From an uncultured Desulfospira sp. (lineage in GTDB: Bacteria > Desulfobacterota > Desulfobacteria > Desulfobacterales > Desulfobacteraceae): a stretch of 64,000 bases of DNA. The DNA is taken from positions 704,001 through 768,000 of the forward strand of contig OY760175.1 in assembly GCA_963663165.1 (NCBI GenBank), given 5' to 3'. The notes beneath the pieces are model-generated. The model was not told the DNA's origin. It did not search any database and worked only from the letters and a program-made list of their open reading frames with translations. The position numbers and the translations under genes were made by a program. Shown in pieces: positions 7,368 through 16,520 of this stretch. Within the stretch, counting starts at the first letter, position 1. Each line of letters opens with the position of its first letter.

Positions 7368-9437
7368 ATGAAAAATCAAATTGGCAAGTTTGGGTGGGGT
7401 AATCCGAAAAATCAAAAAAATCATCCGGTATTGTTGACAGTGCTGGTTCTGGTGAGCCTGGTGCTGGTGTTGCCGGCATGCGGCAACAAGCCGGTGGAGG
7501 TCAAGGACAGCATCGGCAATCTGGTCCGGTTTGAATCGACCCCCTGCCGGGTGGTGTCCCTGGTGCCCACGGCCACCGAGATTTTATTTGAAATCGGCGC
7601 TTCCAGGGCCGTTGCAGGGCTGACATACCATGACAGCACCTTAAAAGGGGCTGAAAAAAAGGCCGTGGTGGGCGGCTTCATGTATCCATCCGTTGAAAAA
7701 ATCAAGGCCTTAAATCCGGATCTGGTGATCCTGGCCGATTTTCATACTCAGATCAAAGCCAAACTTGAATCCACCGGTTGCCGGTTTTTTGTTTATAAAA
7801 CCTTGAGCCTGGATCATGGGTTTGAGAATATGCTCACCTTTGGCCAGATATTTCAAAAACAAGGGGCAGCCGCCCGGGTTGTCCAAAAGAATAAAGACCA
7901 GTTGGCCTTAATTGAAAAAAAGCTGTCAAAGGCCGTGCCTGAAAAGAAAAAACGGGTCATGCGCCTCATGGGCCGGGATATGATCATGACACCGGGAAAC
8001 GATTCTTTTCAAAACCAGATGATCCGGATGGCCGGCGGGCTGCCGCCTGATTTAAATGAGCCCGGCAGTGTGGTCGCCGTGAGTCTTGAACAGTGGCAGC
8101 AATTTAACCCCGAGGTGGTTTACGGCTGCGGTGAAGACCGCAAGGCGGCCGATCTTTTTTTCTCCCAGGAGGGATGGAAGGATGTGGATGCCGTTAAAAA
8201 CCACCAGATCTTTTATTTTCCCTGTGAATTGACCTGCCGGGCCGGCACCCATGTGGGGGATTTTGTCTCCTGGCTGTCGTCCATGATTTATACTCAAGAA
8301 TTCTCCCGCCCGGAGAATCATGTTCTTGAGCAGCAGATTATTGGATCTTATCCCGTGGATGTTGACCTTGACTATGTGGTCTCGGCGGTCGTCAACAAAA
8401 CCCGGATTTATGATTTTGAAAACAAAACCTTGATGATTGAGTTTAAACGGCCCCAGACCATTGTTTCCACCCTGGAGGGCCAGCGAACCGGGATCATGTC
8501 CGTGGGAAACCACTATTCACCGCCTGCCACCTGGGGACCGGGACACCATCTTGGGATTTTGGCCATTCGTGAGGGCATCCTAAAGGCCAACCGGAAAGAA
8601 GCCCAAACCACCTCTTTTTTGATTACCGGCGCCGACATGGGCAACCTAAGCGTTCAGACCAAACGGTTTAAGGACATGAAGGTAACGGCCCTGGCAACGG
8701 CCGGGGTCATGTCCAATGCTGTGAGAATGTCCCAGGATACCGGGATGTATTATGAACCCGGCACCATTAACATTATCATCATGGCCAATATGGGCCTTTC
8801 GCCGAGGGCCATGACCCGGGCGATCATTTCTGCCACTGAAGCCAAGACCGCTGTTTTAGAAGACCTTGATATCCGCAGCACCTACACGCCACAGCGCCAC
8901 AGGGCCACCGGCACCGGCACCGACAATGTCCTGGTGGTAGCGGGAGAAGGCCCCCCCATTGACAATACCGGCGGCCATTCCAAAATGGGAGAGCTCATTG
9001 CCAAAGCGGTTTACGATGCGGTAAAAGAGGCCATCTATAACCAGAATAAGGTCACCGAAAACCGCCACATATTTCAGCGGCTCAAAGAAAGACACCTGTC
9101 CGTATACACCCTTACCGGCGAGATCACCTGTGAGTGCATGGCCCAGAAAGGCATTGAAATAAATGAATTTTCCCAACAGGTGGACCACCTGTTGCTCGAA
9201 CCTGAATATGCGGCCTTTCTTGAGGCGGCCTTTGCCTTAAGCGATAATTACGAACGGGGCCTGATCAAGGATTTAACCCGGTTTGACCAGTGGTGCCTTG
9301 CCACCGCGTCAAGGATTGCGGGAAAACCCGTTGACGCCCTTGAGAACCTGGTAACCAGCGACACGGTTCCTTTAGTCATTCAATCGGCCCTGAATTCGAT
9401 TTTCACCGGAACCATGGAAAAAATGAGCCATGAATAA
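7368..9437 (+). CDS. Fusion of a BtuF-like corrinoid-binding domain and a CbiZ adenosylcobinamide amidohydrolase domain; lipoprotein
   Basis: Lipobox LPAC; helical-backbone SBP motifs RVVSLVPTATEILFEIGA and EKIKALNPDLVI; CbiZ motifs TAGVMSNA, GTINIII, ATEAKT, ATGTGTD. Confidence 0.85.
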   Translation: MKNQIGKFGWGNPKNQKNHPVLLTVLVLVSLVLVLPACGNKPVEVKDSIGNLVRFESTPCRVVSLVPTATEILFEIGASRAVAGLTYHDSTLKGAEKKAVVGGFMYPSVEKIKALNPDLVILADFHTQIKAKLESTGCRFFVYKTLSLDHGFENMLTFGQIFQKQGAAARVVQKNKDQLALIEKKLSKAVPEKKKRVMRLMGRDMIMTPGNDSFQNQMIRMAGGLPPDLNEPGSVVAVSLEQWQQFNPEVVYGCGEDRKAADLFFSQEGWKDVDAVKNHQIFYFPCELTCRAGTHVGDFVSWLSSMIYTQEFSRPENHVLEQQIIGSYPVDVDLDYVVSAVVNKTRIYDFENKTLMIEFKRPQTIVSTLEGQRTGIMSVGNHYSPPATWGPGHHLGILAIREGILKANRKEAQTTSFLITGADMGNLSVQTKRFKDMKVTALATAGVMSNAVRMSQDTGMYYEPGTINIIIMANMGLSPRAMTRAIISATEAKTAVLEDLDIRSTYTPQRHRATGTGTDNVLVVAGEGPPIDNTGGHSKMGELIAKAVYDAVKEAIYNQNKVTENRHIFQRLKERHLSVYTLTGEITCECMAQKGIEINEFSQQVDHLLLEPEYAAFLEAAFALSDNYERGLIKDLTRFDQWCLATASRIAGKPVDALENLVTSDTVPLVIQSALNSIFTGTMEKMSHE

Positions 9438-10308
9438 AATTTTTTCACGCCTGATCTGGGTATCCGCTTTCATGATTTTGGGGCTTTCCGGACAGGGCAG
9501 GGCAGACCAGGCCATACCCCGGCGGGTGATCTCACTTTCTCCCATTATCACGGAAACCATCTACCTTGTGGGGGCCCAAGACCGGCTCATTGCCAACACC
9601 ACCTATTGCAATTCCCCGCCTGAGGCCCAATTAAAAGACAAAATCGGTACCGTGACCCAGATGAACATCGAAAAGGTTATCCGGCTGAACCCGGACCTGG
9701 TCATTGCCAGTGCCCTGACCCAGGAAAAACAGCTCAAAGTTTTGGAAAGTCGGTTCATTCCCATCTTCAGGGCAGAAAACCCCAAAACCTTTGAACAGAT
9801 GTGTGACATGACCCTGGCCATGGGAAAACGGCTTGGAAAGGCCGAACAGGCCCATGCCATTATCGAAAAAACCCGAAAGAATGCCGCCTGCATCAACGCC
9901 CTGACCCAACATCTTGAAAAACCCAGGGTATTCATGCAGATCGGTTTAAAGCCCTTATACTCAGCCAACAAAGATATGTTCATAAACGAATATATCCGGT
10001 ATACTGGCGGCAGAAACATTGCTGAAAACGAGGCGTCCGGGATTTACAGCCGGGAAAAGGTGTTGGCCCAGGACCCTGAAATTATTCTGATTGCCACCAT
10101 GGGAAGCTCAAAAAAAGCCGGCGAAATGGAAAAGCAGCGGTGGATGGCTTTTAAAAGCATTTCCGCGATAAAATCCGGCCGGATCTATATTCTGGACCCT
10201 GAATTGATATGCAGTCCCACGCCGGTTACTTTTGTTAAGGGGATCATAGAAATTCTGCCGTTGATTCACCCGGATGCAGACCTTTCTGCCGGAGGGTGTA
10301 CCCCATAA
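9430..10308 (+). CDS. btuF: Corrinoid ABC transporter substrate-binding protein
   Basis: Signal peptide, RVISLSPIITETIYLVGA, EKVIRLNPDLVI; under the B12 riboswitch. Confidence 0.82.
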   Translation: MNKIFSRLIWVSAFMILGLSGQGRADQAIPRRVISLSPIITETIYLVGAQDRLIANTTYCNSPPEAQLKDKIGTVTQMNIEKVIRLNPDLVIASALTQEKQLKVLESRFIPIFRAENPKTFEQMCDMTLAMGKRLGKAEQAHAIIEKTRKNAACINALTQHLEKPRVFMQIGLKPLYSANKDMFINEYIRYTGGRNIAENEASGIYSREKVLAQDPEIILIATMGSSKKAGEMEKQRWMAFKSISAIKSGRIYILDPELICSPTPVTFVKGIIEILPLIHPDADLSAGGCTP

Positions 10309-11315
10309 TGAGCCCAAGGATCAGACAATGGGCATTCATTACGGCCGGCCTTTTTATTTTTATGCTGGTCTCCGGCCTGATCGCCCTTTGCACGGGCAGT
10401 GCCGGCATCGACATCGGCCGCATTCCCGACATCCTGCTCCACGGGAAAGGATCTGCCGATTACAGCATTTTAATGAATATCCGCCTTCCCCGGATCATTT
10501 TGGGAATGGCCGTTGGCGGTTCTTTGAGCCTGGCCGGGGCCCTGCTGCAGGGCATGTTCAGAAATCCCCTGGTGGAGCCTTATACCTTGGGGATTTCCGG
10601 CGGGGCCTCCTTAGGGGTCTGTGTCAATATCCTGTTTAAATTTTATGCGGTAATCGGGATTGCCGCCTACCCCCTGTCCGGATTTTTAGGGGCCAGCCTG
10701 GTCATCTTTCTGGTCTACAGTTTGAACCGGCAAAACCGGAATATCCGGTCCAACCGGATGCTCTTAACCGGGGTCATGATCTCCTATGTGGCCTCATCCC
10801 TTGTCATGCTGCTCATGGCCCTGTCCCACAGCGACGAACTTCAAAACATCGTGCTGTGGATCATGGGCTCACTGGATGAACCTAACCTGACGTTGATCCG
10901 GATTGCGGCCATTGGGTCCGTTGCCGGCCTTCTGATCTCTTATCTGTTCTGCATGGACCTGAACGCCCTTTTGCTCGGGGATGAAGAAGCCGCAGGCCTT
11001 GGCATCAACACCGTCAAAACCAAAAAAATCCTGTTTGTCACGGCCTCTTTCTTAACGGGCTTAAGTGTGGCCGTGGCCGGCATTATTATGTTCGTGGGGC
11101 TGATTGTCCCTCATTTTATCCGGCTGATCACCGGGCCGGATCACCGGATTTTATTGATCGGCTCATTTCTGGCCGGGGCCGCCTTTTTAACCTTATGTGA
11201 TGTGGTGGCCCGGACCATTATAGCCCCCCTAGAACTGCCCGTGGGCGTGATTACCGGCATTATCGGCGGGATTATCTTTATCTGGGCCCTTTCCAGGAAA
11301 AAGGTGATCCTGTGA
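10308..11315 (+). CDS. btuC: Corrinoid ABC transporter permease (FecCD family)
   Basis: RLPRII, QGMFRNPLVEPYTLGISGGA, FVGLIVPH, ELPVGVIT. Confidence 0.85.
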   Translation: MSPRIRQWAFITAGLFIFMLVSGLIALCTGSAGIDIGRIPDILLHGKGSADYSILMNIRLPRIILGMAVGGSLSLAGALLQGMFRNPLVEPYTLGISGGASLGVCVNILFKFYAVIGIAAYPLSGFLGASLVIFLVYSLNRQNRNIRSNRMLLTGVMISYVASSLVMLLMALSHSDELQNIVLWIMGSLDEPNLTLIRIAAIGSVAGLLISYLFCMDLNALLLGDEEAAGLGINTVKTKKILFVTASFLTGLSVAVAGIIMFVGLIVPHFIRLITGPDHRILLIGSFLAGAAFLTLCDVVARTIIAPLELPVGVITGIIGGIIFIWALSRKKVIL

Positions 11316-12115
11316 TTCCGGTACTTGAAATAAGACATCTGAACCTTTCCTATAAAGATACCCCCATTCTCAAGGATATCTGCCTCAAAGTTCAGCAGGG
11401 GGAATTTCTGGCTGTGGTGGGGCCGAACGGGTGCGGGAAAACCACCCTGGTGAAAGCCATCCTAAGGTCCATTACGCCAGGGGCAGGGCAGATCCGGTTT
11501 AAGGGAAACGATATCACGGCCCTGTCCGGCAAAGCCCTGGCAAAGGGCATGGCATCGGTTCTCCAGACCATTGATCCGGCGGCCATGACCGTCAAGGAAT
11601 ACGTGCTGCTGGGACGGCTCCCCTATTTTTCGCCCTACCAGTTTTTTGAAACCCGGAAAGACATGGACATTGCCTTAAAATACATGGAACTGACCGGCAC
11701 CGCCCATCTGTGTGATGCCCGGATCAATGAAATCAGCGGGGGAGAACGGCAACTGGCCGCCATTGCCAGGGCCCTGACCCAGGAGCCCTCCCTGATCATC
11801 ATGGACGAACCCACGTCTAATCTGGACATCACCCACCAGGTCCGGGTCCTGGATTTGATGACCGACCTTAAAGAGGATTTGGGCGTGACCATTTTCATGG
11901 TCCTCCATGACCTGAACCTGGCTGGGGAATATGCGGACCGGCTGGTACTTTTAGACAAGAACGGCGGCTGTGTTTACGGCTCAGGCCGTCCCCTGGATGT
12001 GCTGACCGAAGAGGCCATTGAGTCGGTTTACCAGACCAAGGTCACCGTGGCCCCCAACCCGGTCACCCGAAACCCCTTTGTATTTATCGTAAAAAAAGGA
12101 AACACCCATGACTGA
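11312..12115 (+). CDS. btuD: Corrinoid ABC transporter ATPase
   Basis: Walker A GPNGCGKT, ISGGERQ, MDEPTSNLD, LHDLNLA. Confidence 0.85.
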   Translation: MIPVLEIRHLNLSYKDTPILKDICLKVQQGEFLAVVGPNGCGKTTLVKAILRSITPGAGQIRFKGNDITALSGKALAKGMASVLQTIDPAAMTVKEYVLLGRLPYFSPYQFFETRKDMDIALKYMELTGTAHLCDARINEISGGERQLAAIARALTQEPSLIIMDEPTSNLDITHQVRVLDLMTDLKEDLGVTIFMVLHDLNLAGEYADRLVLLDKNGGCVYGSGRPLDVLTEEAIESVYQTKVTVAPNPVTRNPFVFIVKKGNTHD

Positions 12116-12899
12116 CAAACGAGAAGATATCCCTGTGGTCCTGACGGCATTCGGTACAACGGCCAAAGCCTTTGCCACCTACGAAAAAATGGACCGGGTA
12201 TTCAAAGAGACCCTGCCGGACACTCAGATTCACTGGGCTTATTCATCCAGGGTGGTCAAACGGGCCATGCAAAAAAACCATCAACTGGACCTCAAAGATC
12301 CATTAGAAACCCTTCAAATTCTGGCCGATCAGGGCCACACCTGGGCGGTCATGCAGTCCCTGCACCTGGTCTGCGGCCATGAATTTCACCGCCTGATCGT
12401 GGCCCCGCACCATGCCGGTATCACCGGAATCCGGTTTGCCGCCGGCCTGCCGCTGCTTACGGCCCACGATGATTTTGAAAAAACGGCCCAGGCCCTTTCC
12501 CCTATCGTGCCCCAGGACCCTGACCAGGCCCTGGTGCTGGTGGGCCACGGCACGGATCATCCGTCCTGGACCAGCTATCCCGCCTTGGAGACGTTTATGC
12601 GGCGAATATACGGTCCCCGGGTCTTTGTGGGAACCGTGGAATGGTACCCGGGACTTGATCATACCCTTGAGCGGATTATGGCAGCCGGATTCAAGAAGGT
12701 CACCCTGGTCCCCTTTCTTCTAGTGGCCGGGGTCCATTTTAAGGAAGACCTTACCAGGGAAGAGGATTCCTGGCAGAAAACCCTGGAGCGCAACGGGATT
12801 GAGGTTACCCTGGTGGATCAGGGGGTAGGCCAGCTGGACGGCATTACCCGGATTTTCTGTGACCATATTGCAGAGGCTGTAGACGTCATTCCCTTGTAA
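12108..12899 (+). CDS. cbiK: Anaerobic sirohydrochlorin cobaltochelatase (cytoplasmic type)
   Basis: VLTAFGT, GHGTDHP, PFLLVAGVHFKED; no signal peptide. Confidence 0.88.
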   Translation: MTDKREDIPVVLTAFGTTAKAFATYEKMDRVFKETLPDTQIHWAYSSRVVKRAMQKNHQLDLKDPLETLQILADQGHTWAVMQSLHLVCGHEFHRLIVAPHHAGITGIRFAAGLPLLTAHDDFEKTAQALSPIVPQDPDQALVLVGHGTDHPSWTSYPALETFMRRIYGPRVFVGTVEWYPGLDHTLERIMAAGFKKVTLVPFLLVAGVHFKEDLTREEDSWQKTLERNGIEVTLVDQGVGQLDGITRIFCDHIAEAVDVIPL

Positions 12900-12900
12900 A

Positions 12901-12996
12901 TGGACTTGGGACCTGGGACTTGGGACCTGGGATATGGGACCTGGGATATGGGACTTGGGGATTGCAGTATCCACGGCCTACCCAAGTCCCATATCC
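12901..12996. repeat. Palindromic heptamer repeat, GGGACTT family, copy 2
   Basis: Same spacer as copy 1 with a longer left arm; lies between the convergent cbiK and AraC genes. Confidence 0.9.
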
Positions 12997-12999
12997 ATA

Positions 13000-13788
13000 T
13001 CAATAAGCCGTACGGCTTGTTTTTCTAAACCGGGAGGGGGTAATCCCTTCGTGTTTCCTAAAGCATCGGGCAAAATAAGAGGCATCATTAAACCCCACGG
13101 AAAAACAGGCCTGGGAAATGTTTACGTCCGGAATTTTTAACAGCCGCTTGGCCGCTTCCACCCGTTTGATGTTCAGATACTCCTTAAAGGTCTGCCCTGT
13201 GGCCTGCCTGAAAAGGCGGCTGAAATGGAACCGGCTCAGGCCTGACAGCTCTGCGGCATCGTCAAGGCGAATGTTTTCCATATAATGGGTATCAATAAAG
13301 GCTATGCATTTTTTCAGACGGCGGTCATCGGTGTTAAAGCTCATTGGACCTGAAAAATTGATCAGGGAACGGGTGGAAAATCGCCTTAAATGTTCGATGA
13401 ATAGGGACTGATAATACCGTTTAAGCCGGCTGTTATCCAAAAGGATTTTTCCAAATTTTTCCCTTGATATGGTCAGGCACTCCACCGGTCCTGAGGAAAT
13501 GGCGTCATAAAACGACACGCCTCGTCCAAAAAAAGCCTCTACCCCGAAAAATTCCCCTTTTTCCAAGCTTCCCCTTAAAGTGGTACGGCTGTTTTCTGCG
13601 GGGGCATAAACGTCGATAACGCCGTCAAGGATGTATCCTAAGCAGTCCGGTGTTTCATTTCTTTGAGCAATCATGGTGTAGGGCTCAATCAGGGTGAAAT
13701 CAAATTCGGTTTTAATCAGTTGTGTTAATTCAAAATCGCTAATGCTGTTAAACAGCAGCTCTCCTTTAGTTTGTTCTAAAATTTTCAT
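13000..13788 (-). CDS. AraC-family regulator with an N-terminal cNMP-binding-like domain (paralogue 1)
   Basis: GYILDGVIDV...GEFFG cNMP-fold pattern; C-terminal double HTH (LSRFHFSRLF...VGFNDASYFARCFRK). Start codon uncertain. Confidence 0.88.
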   Translation of the reverse strand: MKILEQTKGELLFNSISDFELTQLIKTEFDFTLIEPYTMIAQRNETPDCLGYILDGVIDVYAPAENSRTTLRGSLEKGEFFGVEAFFGRGVSFYDAISSGPVECLTISREKFGKILLDNSRLKRYYQSLFIEHLRRFSTRSLINFSGPMSFNTDDRRLKKCIAFIDTHYMENIRLDDAAELSGLSRFHFSRLFRQATGQTFKEYLNIKRVEAAKRLLKIPDVNISQACFSVGFNDASYFARCFRKHEGITPSRFRKTSRTAY

Positions 13789-13803
13789 GACAGAAAAGGC
13801 CCC

Positions 13804-13846
13804 AAAAAAACAAAAAAATCCGAACAAGCAGGCTTGTCCGGATTTC
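13804..13846 (-). terminator. Attenuator terminator of riboswitch 2
   Basis: Minus-strand AATCCGGACAAG/CTTGTTCGGATT hairpin followed by TTTTTGTTTTTTT. Confidence 0.72.
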
Positions 13847-13899
13847 CGTTTTTAATCCTTTATTTGGTTAACGCGCCCTTACCCTGGGTACGCCAATTC

Positions 13900-14064
13900 A
13901 TACAGGCTGGTCTTCTGGCTCTCGGATCATCTTACTGGCTGAGCCTTCCCGCCTTCTTACGGCAGTGGCATAGATACAGCGGTCATCCCCGATTACAGCG
14001 GCGGGTCCGTCATTGAGTTTCACAATGTTCCCATTATCCCGGCACGGGCCGGGTACCTGTAATC
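13900..14064 (-). promoter_or_regulatory. Cobalamin riboswitch 2 (upstream of AraC paralogue 1)
   Basis: Minus strand: ACAGGT, AATGGGAACATTGTGAAACTCAATG, ACCCGCCGCTGTAA, GCCACTG...GGGAAGGC, AGCCAGAAGACCAGCCTG. Confidence 0.93.
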
Positions 14065-14077
14065 CTTATTTGTCTGG

Positions 14078-14106
14078 ACCATAAAAACTTAATGGCTAAA
14101 TGTCAA
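14078..14106 (-). promoter_or_regulatory. Sigma70 promoter for riboswitch 2
   Basis: TTGACA-N17-TATGGT on the minus strand immediately 5' of the aptamer. Confidence 0.7.
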
Positions 14107-14141
14107 TAAATGATTTCATTCTTGATCCTTTTTCTAATCGT

Positions 14142-15587
14142 TTATTCTAATTTGCCTAAAATAACTTTTACGGGCGAACATGGCGGGCCGAAATCAGATT
14201 TGACATACCATGGGCCGGTAGGGGTCAAATTGGAATCAGCCAGCTTGATTTTTCCCTGTGCATTTACCCGGATATTAATTCTGAATTTATCCGATTCTGC
14301 AGGCTCTGTATCACCACCGTTGATCCGGATGCCGAAATAACCGCCGACCCTGAAAAAAACCCCGTAAAACCGGTGTTCGCCAATACTGCCGTAATACCGT
14401 GGCCTTGCTATGGGACCGCCGACATTGCCGGTAGTATAGATAGAAACCATATCTTCAACATGACCGCCAAGGTAAAGCTCACCCCGGGCGCACCCGTTGA
14501 AGGCCAGATCCTCTTCAGCGGCAATGACAAAGTTTTTGGCATGGGTGCTTGCTGAGCCGACTCTCGGGGGGCCGCTGATGCCAAGCCTGCCGTTATGGGG
14601 GTTCGCCCCTTCAAAATAATATACGGCACCTGAATGGTTCCCGTCATGGGGGCAGAAGATATAATTGTCAGCCCCGAGATAATAGTAACTATAATAGAAG
14701 TTGCCGTCATCATCATACCGGCCGCCTTCCATTGAGGACTCGGTGTAGCTTGGAAAGCTGGCATCGGTCATGGGAATTATCCGGTTTTGACCGCCGGCCT
14801 CGTCTTTAAGTTCTGCCATGATATCATCTAAGTCCTGGGAGGGATATAATTCTTCCTCTCCTGAAGAACAGGCATCTTCTACAGGGCAATGGCTGATGTC
14901 GCCGGCTGCGGTTGCCCGGGTGCCGCCGGTTATTGCAGTGCTGCCTGTACTTGAAAATTCAATCTCCGTATTTGAGTGAATGATGCCGGTATTGTTAAAA
15001 TTAATATAACATGAATACAAATTGTCGATGATAATTCCGCCGGTAACCGGATCATCATCATAGGAAAATAAACCGGCATTTGAAGCAACACTCACTGCAC
15101 TGGCCGATACGGTTGCGCTTTCCTGTGCTAAAATACCTGAGAAAAAGGCCGGCACCTCAGTTTTTAAAGAAACCATTACGGCGTTGTTGTAAACATACTG
15201 ATCATTTGACGGGTCGGATAAGGCTTCATTGTAGACGGTATCCGTGTCTGAATCAGCTATAAAGTCCTTATAACCGGTAAAATCATCATACGTATCGTCA
15301 AGATCATAAAATCCGATCCTGACCGTCAGTTTTTCCGAATCATAGGGGATCTGGTTTTCAGAAGCCACCAGCCGTGCCACATCGTCATAGGAGGAATCAC
15401 AAATATTCATGGCTGCCGCCAGGGCGGCAGCCTCCACGCTGTTTTGATACTTATTTTTTCTCATCATCAGATACCCCCCGTCTGCTACAAGGGCCAGAAT
15501 CCCGAGAAAAACCGTTAAAGAAACGGCCGTGATAATGACAATATTACCTTGTTGGTTATTGATCTTATGGTCTGCACGGATGATCAT
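14142..15587 (-). CDS. TadG-like pilus-associated protein with a large C-terminal region I cannot assign
   Basis: N-terminal Tad signature: G|NIVIITAVSLTVFLGILALVADGG...QNSVEAAALAAA. Confidence 0.82.
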   Translation of the reverse strand: MIIRADHKINNQQGNIVIITAVSLTVFLGILALVADGGYLMMRKNKYQNSVEAAALAAAMNICDSSYDDVARLVASENQIPYDSEKLTVRIGFYDLDDTYDDFTGYKDFIADSDTDTVYNEALSDPSNDQYVYNNAVMVSLKTEVPAFFSGILAQESATVSASAVSVASNAGLFSYDDDPVTGGIIIDNLYSCYINFNNTGIIHSNTEIEFSSTGSTAITGGTRATAAGDISHCPVEDACSSGEEELYPSQDLDDIMAELKDEAGGQNRIIPMTDASFPSYTESSMEGGRYDDDGNFYYSYYYLGADNYIFCPHDGNHSGAVYYFEGANPHNGRLGISGPPRVGSASTHAKNFVIAAEEDLAFNGCARGELYLGGHVEDMVSIYTTGNVGGPIARPRYYGSIGEHRFYGVFFRVGGYFGIRINGGDTEPAESDKFRINIRVNAQGKIKLADSNLTPTGPWYVKSDFGPPCSPVKVILGKLE

Positions 15588-15632
15588 ATTTTTTTAGGCA
15601 TTTTCAAAAGACGAGAACCTATGCGGAAACTT

Positions 15633-16286
15633 TCAATTAACATCTTCAGGTTTAAAGGTCTTCCCGCCGGTTACCCGGCCCCCAACAACAAGGGAGACCC
15701 GGACTTTCGGGGCGTCCGGGAACTGGGTAAAATATTCAGATGCAATTTTTTGCATGGTCTGTGCCACTCCCTCGGGATGATATCCTTTGGCTGAGGTGGT
15801 AAACGCCACATAGCCAAAAAGTTTTTGATTGGCCTCAATGCCGGCCTCGGGTAGAAATTTGGTTTCCACCCGGACCCGGGTGGCGTCGGTGTGGCTTAGT
15901 ACCCGGTCTTGAAAATGGGCAATGGTGTCTTCAATTTGTATTTTTAGATCCTCTGTTTCATTTAAAGCGTTCGTTTTTAAGTTATTTTTTGTGACTTCCT
16001 TTATGTCTGTTATGGCCGTATTTTGGCTGATCGGTGGTTTTTTTTCTGTAACGGATGCCTCTGGTTTGGTTTCTTTTTTCATAGATTCGGTGTGCGGTGG
16101 GATTTGATCATTTTCCATGGCGGTTAAAACCTTATCATTTCGGTTTTCCGGCAAATGGAAGCTGGGTGAGCTGAACCATAAGGTACTCAGAATCGCCAAA
16201 CCTGCTATTACTACAAGAATTAAACTAAAAAGCCTTGGTTTGTTTTTAAAAATTTTTACCTCGTTCAAAAGGCTTATGTTTTTCAT
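15633..16286 (-). CDS. Hypothetical membrane-anchored protein
   Basis: SD-like AGGTGG before ATG 16286; one N-terminal hydrophobic helix, a charged linker and a globular C-terminus. Confidence 0.65.
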   Translation of the reverse strand: MKNISLLNEVKIFKNKPRLFSLILVVIAGLAILSTLWFSSPSFHLPENRNDKVLTAMENDQIPPHTESMKKETKPEASVTEKKPPISQNTAITDIKEVTKNNLKTNALNETEDLKIQIEDTIAHFQDRVLSHTDATRVRVETKFLPEAGIEANQKLFGYVAFTTSAKGYHPEGVAQTMQKIASEYFTQFPDAPKVRVSLVVGGRVTGGKTFKPEDVN

Positions 16287-16460
16287 AATTGTGTCCACCT
16301 TCAAATATTTCGCACGGCGACATTCTATGTAATGCAATAATGCAATAAAAAGCTCATGATAGTAACTGCCTATAGTTGCAGGCAGGACCGTCACACCAAA
16401 AAATTCTGGAAACCGTTTTTCACATAAAAAAAAGACTTTGTCTTGAAAAAGATGCCCCAA

Positions 16461-16494
16461 AGGAAAAGCTGCCGGGTCTCTATGACCCGGCAGC
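16461..16494 (-). terminator. Intrinsic terminator after the dockerin-cohesin gene pair
   Basis: GCTGCCGGGTC/GACCCGGCAGC perfect 11-bp stem followed by TTTTCCT on the minus strand. Confidence 0.78.
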
Positions 16495-16520
16495 CAATAT
16501 CAATCTGTAAACAATCTTGT

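Noticed and set aside
16290..16460. Possible c-di-GMP or other riboswitch upstream of the hypothetical-tadG unit
   Set aside because: Only a 6-bp hairpin (CTGCCT/AGGCAG); no GEMM or B12-box motifs seen.
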